From a virus (taxonomy: Duplodnaviria > Caudoviricetes), in IMG/VR virus record IMGVR_UViG_3300028585_000507, positions 1-39,241 of that record: a stretch of 39,241 bases of DNA, one strand, 5' to 3'. Below are positions 17,725 through 25,705 of the stretch, in pieces. Numbering within the stretch: the first letter of the stretch is position 1; every line of letters starts with the position of its first letter. The translations under genes and the position numbers were made by a program. A model generated the notes under the pieces. It worked only from the letters and a program-made list of their open reading frames with translations. It was not told the DNA's origin and searched no databases.

Positions 17725-18966
17725 ATGAAGGCACCCTATTTCGTCGACGGCATCCCCGGCGGCGTCGAATTCGGCCGCAAGGATGGCGGCAACGAACCCG
17801 ACATCAAGGCCCTCTCGCGCGACCTGAAGGCCGCAACCGACAAGGTGAAGGAATTCGCCGAAGAGGTGAAGGGCAAGCTCGCCAAGGGCGAGGATCTGTC
17901 GAACAGCGCCAAGCAGTCGGCCGACGAGGCGCTGGTGAAGTTCAACGAACTGTCCGCCCAGATGACGGAGGTCGAGCAGAAACTCGCGCGTCGCGGCGAA
18001 CAGCAGCCCGATCGCCGCAAGTCGCTGGGCGAGACCGTCACCGACGACGATGCGGTGAAATCGTTCATGGCCAAGCCGCCGTCGAAGGGTTCGGTCAGCT
18101 TCGAAGTAAAGGCGATCATCAACTCGGCAACCACCGATGCCCTCGGGTCGGCCGGCGATCTGATCATCCCCGACCGCCAGGACGGCATTGTCGCTCCGCC
18201 CCAGCGCCGCATGACCGTCCGCGACCTGCTCACGCCCGGCCGCACAAATTCCAACGCCATCCAGTATGTGCAGGAAACCGGGTTCGTGAACGCGGCGGCG
18301 GCTGTCGCCGAAATGCTGCAAAAGCCGCAGTCCGACCTGAAGTTCGACCTGTTGACGAAGAACGTCGCGACGATCGCGCATTTCGTGATGGCGTCGAAGC
18401 AGATCCTCGCCGATGCCCCAATGCTGCAAAGCTATATCGACGGGCGGCTGCGCTATGGCCTCGCCTATGTCGAGGAATTGCAGATCCTTAAGGGTGACGG
18501 ATCGGGTGCGAATCTGCTCGGCATCATTCCTCAGGCGACCCCCTATGCGGTGCCGGTCGGCGCGGCCGCGCCGACGAACGCGCTCGACAAGCTGCGCATC
18601 GCGATGTTGCAGGCCGTTCTGTCCGAATATCCCGCGACCGGCCACGTCCTGAACCCGATCGACTGGGCCAATATCGAAACGCTGAAGGACAGCGCCGGCG
18701 GCTACATCATCGGCGACCCGGCCGATGGTGCGGCACCGCGGCTGTGGCGTTTGCCGGTCGTGGAAACCCCGGCCCAGACCGTCAATCGCTTCCTGACCGG
18801 CGCATTCCGGCTCGGCGCACAGTTGTTCGACCGCGAAGATGCGAACGTCGAACTCTCGACCGAAGATCGCGACAACTTCATCAAGAACATGGTGACGATC
18901 CGCGGCGAGGAACGTCTCGGCCTCGCGGTCTATCGCCCCGAAGCCTTCGTCTTCGGCGCGTTCTGA
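17725..18966 (+). CDS. HK97-family major capsid protein
   Basis: N-terminal coiled-coil delta domain, SKQILADAPMLQSYI, EERLGLAVYRPEAF. Confidence 0.96.
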   Translation: MKAPYFVDGIPGGVEFGRKDGGNEPDIKALSRDLKAATDKVKEFAEEVKGKLAKGEDLSNSAKQSADEALVKFNELSAQMTEVEQKLARRGEQQPDRRKSLGETVTDDDAVKSFMAKPPSKGSVSFEVKAIINSATTDALGSAGDLIIPDRQDGIVAPPQRRMTVRDLLTPGRTNSNAIQYVQETGFVNAAAAVAEMLQKPQSDLKFDLLTKNVATIAHFVMASKQILADAPMLQSYIDGRLRYGLAYVEELQILKGDGSGANLLGIIPQATPYAVPVGAAAPTNALDKLRIAMLQAVLSEYPATGHVLNPIDWANIETLKDSAGGYIIGDPADGAAPRLWRLPVVETPAQTVNRFLTGAFRLGAQLFDREDANVELSTEDRDNFIKNMVTIRGEERLGLAVYRPEAFVFGAF

Positions 18967-19029
18967 TCTGCCGTTTGGGCGGCTTCTGATCGGGGCCGTC
19001 CAACCTACTTCCGGAAGGAAACTCGAAAC

Positions 19030-19503
19030 ATGCGTAGCTATCTGGTTGTCGACAGTCATCTGGGCGACAAGCTCTACAATATCGGGGACACTCGCGAGGC
19101 GGACCCCCGCACCGTCGCCCATCTGGTTCCGTCGTTCCTGATGCCCCTTGGCAACGATGCCGATGATGCAATGGCGATGGACGAGCGGGACAAGGAACTG
19201 GCGCGGCTGGCAACTTTGCTCGACGAAGCCACGAACAGCGCAGCCTCGGAGATCGGCGAGTTGAAGACGGAAAACACCGATCTTGTCAGTCAGATCGTGG
19301 CCGTCACGACCGATGCTCAGGTCAAGGTCAGCGAAGTCGAGAAGAAGCTGGAAGACATGACGGCTGAGCGTGACCGTTTTCTGAGTGAACTGGAGGCGGT
19401 ACGTTTGGCGGCTGGTCAGGGTGATAAGGACGGGGCTGAGCCTGAAAACAAGGCTGCGCCGGTGGCCGCCAATAAGGCGAGCCGGACCGCGCCGAACAAG
19501 TAA
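19030..19503 (+). CDS. Capsid-adjacent hypothetical protein with coiled coil
   Basis: GGAAGGA RBS; central heptads; ENKA/ANKA-type tail. Confidence 0.7.
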   Translation: MRSYLVVDSHLGDKLYNIGDTREADPRTVAHLVPSFLMPLGNDADDAMAMDERDKELARLATLLDEATNSAASEIGELKTENTDLVSQIVAVTTDAQVKVSEVEKKLEDMTAERDRFLSELEAVRLAAGQGDKDGAEPENKAAPVAANKASRTAPNK

Positions 19504-19554
19504 GTTTTCGTCTTCGGGCGAATGCGCCGCGCGCGCAGTTTGAGGGAAATCATT

Positions 19555-21150
19555 ATGGCAATGACTCGTGCGTCCAAGCTGCGCGCGCGCAACTATTTCG
19601 TTCGCCGGGGTAATGGTGGTCCGATGCGTTGGGGGATCGCGGGCCTCGGGCCTGAAATCGGCGGCCTGCAAACCGGAATGGGCCAACGTAATACCGGCTT
19701 CCAGTTTTTCGCCAATCAGGCCTGCCTTGCAACTTGCGGCATTGTGGGCACGAAACTTCGTCTGAGGTTCGCAAACGGATATTTCCCGCTCGGCATTTTT
19801 ACGCCGAACACAAATCCGGTGAATATCGAAGGCGCAGACATTGTGCTTGGCTCGGTATTCGATCCAGTCGCGAAGACTTGGAGCGGTGGCACCATCTATC
19901 CGATTAAGTTCGATGGATCCACGACCTATACCTTTGCTGCCGGTGAAGAACGCTTCGCTGATGACATTGAAGCACCATTCACGCCATTCTCAATGATCCG
20001 CATCCGGATGGCCGGCAACGTCGCTGCGGGCGATCGTCTTCCCGGCCACCGTTATTCGCTGAAGGCTTTGATTGGCGAAGGTTCGAACGACGGCGGCGGC
20101 TCTCAGATTGCACGGCTGGCTACGCCGGCCGGCACGATCACCGCAGGAACCGGCAACTTCAGCGGCGGCGGGTTCACTGCGGTTGCGGCGTTCTTCAACG
20201 TCAAGACGGGCGGGGTGATCGTCTTATCGGACAGCCGGTTCAAGGCGGGCGAGCATCCCTCGTTGGCCACGGATCGCGGTGCCATGGGCTTCATCGAAAA
20301 GGCATACGACTCCCCGACGAACGGGCGCGTCCCCGTCTGGCTGATCGGGGCTCCATCGAGCAGCCTGAGCACGATGCGTAACGGCGGCAATCCCGGCACG
20401 CCGTGCGTGCCGTGGGTTGTGAACATCTGTGCGGCGCTCGGTCAGCGCCCCTTTGACAATGTCGACGTTCATCTGGGCACCAACGATCTTGCGGGCGGCG
20501 CGACTGAGGCGAGTTTCGAGGGCCATTATCAGGGCCTTTCCACCACCTTGCGGAGCATTGAACCGTCGCGCGCCCTTCGCATCACGGCCGGCACCATGGG
20601 GCCAACCACGACGCAAGATTCCGTCAGTGCGCCGGGCAATTTCGGGGCGACGGAAGCGGGGCAGACGATATGGGTCCGCGCTACGCAGGGGCCTGATCCG
20701 TCCTCGCGTTCGATCGTCAACACTCGCCTTCTGGCGGGCGGGTTCGCCGCTCAGGGGATCGATGGCGTCAGCAACGTTGGCGGGGTCGCGGAGGGCGTCA
20801 CCAAGGCAAAGGTGAAGTCGACAGGGTTCGTCGGTCAACTGGCGCAGGCCATCCCGACGGCTGGCAATATCTCGGTCGCCGTTCTGGCGACGCAAGCTAC
20901 TGTGGGCGAAGTGCTGTTGTTCGAGCAGGATGACGCGACCAACTTCGACGTCGATGGCTCTTATCAAATCCTCGGCATTTCCGGGTCGGCGGGCGCATGG
21001 TCGCACACCTTGGCTCGGACCGTGAAGAAGATCCACGCTGCTGGTGTCTCTGTAAAGACCACCAACTCGGTCGACTCGCTTCACTACCACGGCAACATCC
21101 ATAACCAGCAGGCCGATGTTCTGGCCGCCACGAAGGTCGCCTTGATATGA
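19555..21150 (+). CDS. SGNH/GDSL hydrolase-domain protein (putative virion-associated esterase)
   Basis: Block I VIVLSDS, block III HLGTND, block V DSLH; Gly/Thr-rich beta regions; GAGGG RBS before ATG 19555. Confidence 0.7.
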   Translation: MAMTRASKLRARNYFVRRGNGGPMRWGIAGLGPEIGGLQTGMGQRNTGFQFFANQACLATCGIVGTKLRLRFANGYFPLGIFTPNTNPVNIEGADIVLGSVFDPVAKTWSGGTIYPIKFDGSTTYTFAAGEERFADDIEAPFTPFSMIRIRMAGNVAAGDRLPGHRYSLKALIGEGSNDGGGSQIARLATPAGTITAGTGNFSGGGFTAVAAFFNVKTGGVIVLSDSRFKAGEHPSLATDRGAMGFIEKAYDSPTNGRVPVWLIGAPSSSLSTMRNGGNPGTPCVPWVVNICAALGQRPFDNVDVHLGTNDLAGGATEASFEGHYQGLSTTLRSIEPSRALRITAGTMGPTTTQDSVSAPGNFGATEAGQTIWVRATQGPDPSSRSIVNTRLLAGGFAAQGIDGVSNVGGVAEGVTKAKVKSTGFVGQLAQAIPTAGNISVAVLATQATVGEVLLFEQDDATNFDVDGSYQILGISGSAGAWSHTLARTVKKIHAAGVSVKTTNSVDSLHYHGNIHNQQADVLAATKVALI

Positions 21151-22010
21151 TCCGCTTCATTCTCGCCATGCTGGCGCTGGTCATTCCAGCGTCAGTCTTT
21201 GCCGCTCCAACGGTCGAATACGAGCAGCACTTCAACGGTGCTCTCCCTGCCGACTGGTTCAACGGGGCGGAACGCTACGCCGGTTATCCGCACACGGAAA
21301 CGCGCCCCGGCAACAAGGAATATCAGCAATATCTTCCGTCGCAGGCGGCAACGGAGATGGGCCGTCTGAAGCTGAGGGCGCAGCGCATGACGACGGCGCA
21401 ACACTTGCTGTGGGCGCGCCGCATCGACAACCCGAAGGCCGCTTATGCCACGGGCCTCCGGGCCGCTGACGGGGGGCTGATGTATGGTCCGGTCCTTTCG
21501 GACCTCGAACGCGTCGATTGGGTTTCCGGCCAGATTTCGTCCTGGCCGAAATTGCCGGTCGCACCCGGCCGGATCTTCACTGCACGCTTCCGGCTACCGG
21601 TCGGCGCGAACCTGTTTCCGGGGATCTGGGCGTTCGATTATGCAGGTTCGACGGAAGTCGATCTGATGGAGGGTTCGGGCCGCGCGGCGTCGGACCCATT
21701 GGGAAATGTCTCGCAGGGCATCCACGACTTCAAATCCAACATCCACACCGGCTGCGCGAAGAAGTCGATCCCGACCGCTGGCGAACACACAGCAAAGCTC
21801 GACTGGTCGGACCCGACGAAGATCGATTTCTACATGGACGGGCTGCTGAACTGTAGCGTCAAGGCGACTGCCAACATGACGCGCCCGATGGCCATCATCA
21901 TCAACCTCGCAGTCGGCTCCGGTGGCTGGCCGTGGATCGGCATCCCCTCGGCGGCGACACCGAACCCTGCAGAGTTTCTGGTCGATTACGTCAAGGTGGA
22001 GAAACCCTGA
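21147..22010 (+). CDS. Secreted GH16-family glycoside hydrolase
   Basis: Signal peptide MIRFILAMLALVIPASVFA; SGQI, LFPGIWAF, catalytic EVDLME, FYMDG, IIINLAVG, FLVDYVKV. Confidence 0.82.
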   Translation: MIRFILAMLALVIPASVFAAPTVEYEQHFNGALPADWFNGAERYAGYPHTETRPGNKEYQQYLPSQAATEMGRLKLRAQRMTTAQHLLWARRIDNPKAAYATGLRAADGGLMYGPVLSDLERVDWVSGQISSWPKLPVAPGRIFTARFRLPVGANLFPGIWAFDYAGSTEVDLMEGSGRAASDPLGNVSQGIHDFKSNIHTGCAKKSIPTAGEHTAKLDWSDPTKIDFYMDGLLNCSVKATANMTRPMAIIINLAVGSGGWPWIGIPSAATPNPAEFLVDYVKVEKP

Positions 22011-22543
22011 TGGCAGAGCCGGTTTCCCTCCTTCAGGTCCGCCGGCAACTCCGCATCGATCCCGACGCCGATACCGACCTTCTGACCGGGTACGTGGCGG
22101 CGGCGCGTGCGCATGTCGAACAATTCACCGGCATCACATTGAAGCCGAACACAATCGTCGAACTGCACGACGGGTTTCCGGAGATGCTTCGTTCGTGGCC
22201 CGTCGAGCCGGCAACGGCCGTCATCCGCTACCAAAATGGTAGCGGATCGGACGTCGAATATGTCGGCGCGCGGATCGGTGGCGGCCGCCCTGCCCGCCTG
22301 TCGCCGGCACCGTCGACCAGCTGGCCCGCGACGTTGGCGGGCGCACGCGAGACGGTCGCTGTCCGGATTGATGCGGGATATGCCGATCCCGCCGCGATCC
22401 CTGCCGATATTGTTCAGGCGGTCCTGATGCTGGTTGCGCACTGGTATCGCAACCGGGAGGCGGTCGTGATCGGCGCAGCCGTCGCCGAATTGCCCATGGC
22501 CGTTCAGGCGCTGCTTGCACCGCATCGTCGGTGGTATTCCTGA
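22010..22543 (+). CDS. Head-tail connector (gp6-like)
   Basis: VSLLQVRRQLRID...AARAHVEQFTG...AVLMLVAHWYRNRE. Confidence 0.9.
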   Translation: MAEPVSLLQVRRQLRIDPDADTDLLTGYVAAARAHVEQFTGITLKPNTIVELHDGFPEMLRSWPVEPATAVIRYQNGSGSDVEYVGARIGGGRPARLSPAPSTSWPATLAGARETVAVRIDAGYADPAAIPADIVQAVLMLVAHWYRNREAVVIGAAVAELPMAVQALLAPHRRWYS

Positions 22544-22893
22544 TGCCGATCAACGCGGGCGATCTCGACAAAGAGATCACGTTCCAGCGCAAGGTTGCGG
22601 ACGACAGCTTCACCAGCGCCGGCAAGGAGAAATGGGAGACGGTCGTTGCCGGTGTTTATGCCGAGGTGAAGGACATCCTCCCCAGCCGGGCAGAGAAACT
22701 CGCGGACGGCCTTACGATCGCCAACCGCCCGGCACGGGTCCGCATCCGGTGGCGCGAAGGGATCACCGCAGACATGCGCATCCTGTTTGGAACGCGAACC
22801 ATGCAGATCGTCGCCGGACCAGTCGAACTGGATCGGCGCGACGGCCTCGAAATGATGGCCGAAGATTACTCGACAGCAGGAGGGAGAGTGTGA
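22543..22893 (+). CDS. Head closure protein (SPP1 gp16-like)
   Basis: AGDLDKEITFQ...RIRWREGITADMRI. Confidence 0.88.
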   Translation: MPINAGDLDKEITFQRKVADDSFTSAGKEKWETVVAGVYAEVKDILPSRAEKLADGLTIANRPARVRIRWREGITADMRILFGTRTMQIVAGPVELDRRDGLEMMAEDYSTAGGRV

Positions 22894-23078
22894 TGCGACC
22901 TTCGGAAATCACCGTGTCGCCCGCCGATGTGATGCAAAAGATGGTCTTCAAGGTTCGGGTTACCGGCATGCGTCGGTTCCGGATTTGCACGTGGATCGCG
23001 GTACGGCTTATTTCTTTGGCTGGCATCATGCTGGGAAAGAGGGCCGACATCGAAGTCGACCTTCGCCGCGCTGAGTGA
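22893..23078 (+). CDS. Small hypothetical protein
   Basis: 61 aa; TGATG/GTGA coupling on both sides; AGGAGG upstream. Confidence 0.55.
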   Translation: MRPSEITVSPADVMQKMVFKVRVTGMRRFRICTWIAVRLISLAGIMLGKRADIEVDLRRAE

Positions 23079-23605
23079 GCGCCCGCCTGACGGGCCGCAG
23101 CGACCTGAACAGCTTCATGGTGCAATTCCCGGAAAAGCTGTTGCCGAACATTCTGCGGCCCGCCCTTAGAGCAGGAGCGGAAGAATTTGCGGAGGGCGCA
23201 CGGGAGGCCTGCCGGTCGGAAGCGGTGCGCGCGTCTATCAAGGTCACGACGCGCATGGCGAACGGCACGTTGACCGCGACGATCGCGCCGCAGGGCAAGG
23301 CCGTCTCGCTCGCATGGTGGCTGGAGTTCGGCACCGATCCCCATTTCATCACGGTCGACGGCGACCAGCGCGACGGTCGGACGGTCCGGCGGATCAACAA
23401 AGCCGAGAATCACGGATCACTGATGATCGGCGGCAAGTTCGTCGGGTCGACCGTCTATCATCCGGGTGCGCGGCCCTACCCCTTCATGCGTCCATCCGCT
23501 GACACCCGGCGGGGTGCCGCAATCGCGGCGATCAGCGCGACGATCTCGATGCGGCTCAGCAAAGCTGGCCTTTCGGCACCCGTCGCGTCCGAGGCGGACG
23601 CATGA
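23075..23605 (+). CDS. HK97 gp10-family morphogenesis protein
   Basis: LRPALRAGA...WLEFGT...HPGARPYPFMRP. Confidence 0.88.
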   Translation: MSARLTGRSDLNSFMVQFPEKLLPNILRPALRAGAEEFAEGAREACRSEAVRASIKVTTRMANGTLTATIAPQGKAVSLAWWLEFGTDPHFITVDGDQRDGRTVRRINKAENHGSLMIGGKFVGSTVYHPGARPYPFMRPSADTRRGAAIAAISATISMRLSKAGLSAPVASEADA

Positions 23606-24000
23606 GCGGCGTCGTGATCGCCGGCACGCTGCTGGAAGCGTCCGCGCCGCTGGTCGCCGCGGTTCCGCTCATTAAGGCATGGGTTCTGCCGCAAGGCGCG
23701 GCGCTGCCGGCGGTCGTCGTCACGCGGATCAGCCGCTCCGAACAGCAGTTCCTTGCCGCCCAGCCGGTCCGGCTGGTGACGGAGCGGGTGCAGGTGACGA
23801 TCCGTGCCGGGACTGGCGACGATCGCGAAGCGATCCTCCGCCTTGCCCGGCGGGCTTGCGCGGACCGGACCGGCACGATTGCCGGCTTTGCCAATGCCGC
23901 GGTGCTGCTCGCTGGCGGCGGGCCGGACTTCATGGACGACGCCGCGACGATTTTCATGGGCAGTTTCGATCTGCGGATCAGCTTCAACGAGCCTGCCTGA
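23602..24000 (+). CDS. Tail terminator/completion protein (DUF3168-like)
   Basis: LPQGAALPAVVVTRIS...RVQVT; position before the tail tube gene. Confidence 0.8.
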   Translation: MSGVVIAGTLLEASAPLVAAVPLIKAWVLPQGAALPAVVVTRISRSEQQFLAAQPVRLVTERVQVTIRAGTGDDREAILRLARRACADRTGTIAGFANAAVLLAGGGPDFMDDAATIFMGSFDLRISFNEPA

Positions 24001-24023
24001 CCCTTCCCAAATGGAGAATGACG

Positions 24024-24227
24024 ATGAAAAAGAACGCAGTGGCCCTGCGCGCCTTCAACCATGCCGATGACCGCTTCGCCAAGGAACAGGTGATCCTTGG
24101 GCTGGATCCCGGTCATTTCAACGACTGGTCGGCCAAAGGCGTCGATCTGGTCCGCGAGGCGACCGCCGAGGAAGTGAAGCAGGCGCAAGCCCTCGCGAAG
24201 AAGGCGTCGGACACGCCGGCCGACTGA
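24024..24227 (+). CDS. Small hypothetical virion-module protein
   Basis: GGAG RBS, MKKNAVALRAF..., 67 aa. Confidence 0.6.
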   Translation: MKKNAVALRAFNHADDRFAKEQVILGLDPGHFNDWSAKGVDLVREATAEEVKQAQALAKKASDTPAD

Positions 24228-24288
24228 TCCCCCTTGCCCGCCGGGCACACCCTCCCGCTGACGCGGGCCAATATTACGGAGAGACCCC

Positions 24289-24738
24289 ATGACCAGTTCG
24301 ACTTCGGCGGGCAGCACGATCGCCCTTTCCGCCGCTTTGCCTGCCGCCCAGACGGAGGCCGGCTTCATCGCGCTCGCCATGACCGAGATCGGTGGTGTCG
24401 AGAGCATTCCCGCCTTCGGCGCGCAGACGGCGGTGAACACGTTCCAGCCGCTGAAAGGCCCGCAGGAAAAGCATAAGGGGCCGGTCAATTACGGCTCGCT
24501 CGCGATCCCCATGGCCTATGACAAGGCCGATGCCGGTCAGACGCTGCTGCGCACTGCCGCCGATCCGGACAACAACGCCCTTTATGCGTTCCGCGTCACC
24601 TTCCCGAACGGCGATCGTCGCTACTTCCTGGGCCGCGTGTTCGGCAATCAGGAAACGATCGGTTCCGCGACCAACGTGCTGATGATGAACAGCACGGTCG
24701 AGATCAACACCAAGCCGATCAAGGTCGACGCGGCCTGA
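24289..24738 (+). CDS. Major tail (tube) protein
   Basis: KHKGPVNYG...DAGQ...FRVTFPNG..RYF; position before the chaperones. Confidence 0.85.
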   Translation: MTSSTSAGSTIALSAALPAAQTEAGFIALAMTEIGGVESIPAFGAQTAVNTFQPLKGPQEKHKGPVNYGSLAIPMAYDKADAGQTLLRTAADPDNNALYAFRVTFPNGDRRYFLGRVFGNQETIGSATNVLMMNSTVEINTKPIKVDAA

Positions 24739-24848
24739 TCTTACCAGTTCCGGCGCCCGCGACGCCGACTTTCTCATGCGTCGGTCCGTCCCGCTGTCGC
24801 GGGCTGGGGACGGATCGGCGCGCCCATCTCCCGCGAGGATGAAACATC

Positions 24849-25277
24849 ATGTCCGTTATCGATCTTTCCGCTTTCGACCCCAACGACACTACGTTCATGC
24901 AGATGACGAACCCGACCAACGACGAGCCGATGACCGTCGATGTCGGCGGCGAGAAAATCCCGGCTGGCATCACCTTTCACGCGCCCGGCAGTGAAGCCTA
25001 TGTCGCCGCCGAAAAGCAGCAGGACAATCGCGGCCTCGCGCGCGGCAAGCGCAAGATCCCTCTGACCGCCGATCTGCTGCGCGCCGATCGCGTCACTTTC
25101 CTATCCGATATCACCGTGTCATTCGATCATCTGGGCTTTCCGGCCCCGGAAGGCGCGACGGGCAAAGCCGTGTTCAAGGCGCTCTATGCCGATCCGAAAA
25201 AGGGCTGGATCGTCGCGCAGGCCAATGAGCATCTGGCAGACTGGGCGCATTTTATGAAAGGCTCGGCAAGCAGCTGA
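24849..25277 (+). CDS. Tail assembly chaperone (gpG-like)
   Basis: Located between tail tube and tape measure genes; GAGGA RBS. Confidence 0.8.
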   Translation: MSVIDLSAFDPNDTTFMQMTNPTNDEPMTVDVGGEKIPAGITFHAPGSEAYVAAEKQQDNRGLARGKRKIPLTADLLRADRVTFLSDITVSFDHLGFPAPEGATGKAVFKALYADPKKGWIVAQANEHLADWAHFMKGSASS

Positions 25278-25693
25278 GCCTTTACGTCCGGCAGTCGGCG
25301 TGGCTGGTGGCGATCCCAAAGCATCGGGACGCCGCCGGCAAGGAAACGCCCCTGCCCGCGCGGATTACCTCCTACCGCGCCGATCAAACCGATCCGCCCT
25401 TGCCGCACCTTGAACATCATCGGCTGTTCGACTGGCTGATGGATGCGGGGCCGGTGGAAAGCGGCCCGATGGGGCAGGCGGCGCTTAGCTGGTGCGAAAT
25501 CGACGCTTGGGCGGCGCGCACCTTCACGCGGCCGTCCGCGTGGGAGGCACGAACCCTCCACCGGCTTTCGGCCGAGTATCTGGCCGAGTTGCGCGCGGCG
25601 GAGGATCAACATCGGCCGCCCCCATGGGGCCAGCCCGGCGCGGAAGTCGACCGCGCGACCGAAGAACGGCGGCTCCGGGCCGTCCTGGGATGA
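25253..25693 (+). CDS. Tail assembly chaperone extension (gpT-like; probably a -1 frameshift product)
   Basis: The -1 frame is open from after the TGA at 25226-25228: YERLGKQLSLYVRQSAWL...LSWCEIDAW...WEARTLHRLSAEY. Confidence 0.7.
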   Translation, partial: YERLGKQLSLYVRQSAWLVAIPKHRDAAGKETPLPARITSYRADQTDPPLPHLEHHRLFDWLMDAGPVESGPMGQAALSWCEIDAWAARTFTRPSAWEARTLHRLSAEYLAELRAAEDQHRPPPWGQPGAEVDRATEERRLRAVLG

Positions 25694-25705
25694 AGGAAGT
25701 CGACC

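Noticed and set aside
17719-19686. 655-aa minus-strand ORF
   Set aside because: Antisense to the capsid gene and its neighbour; typical high-GC shadow frame.
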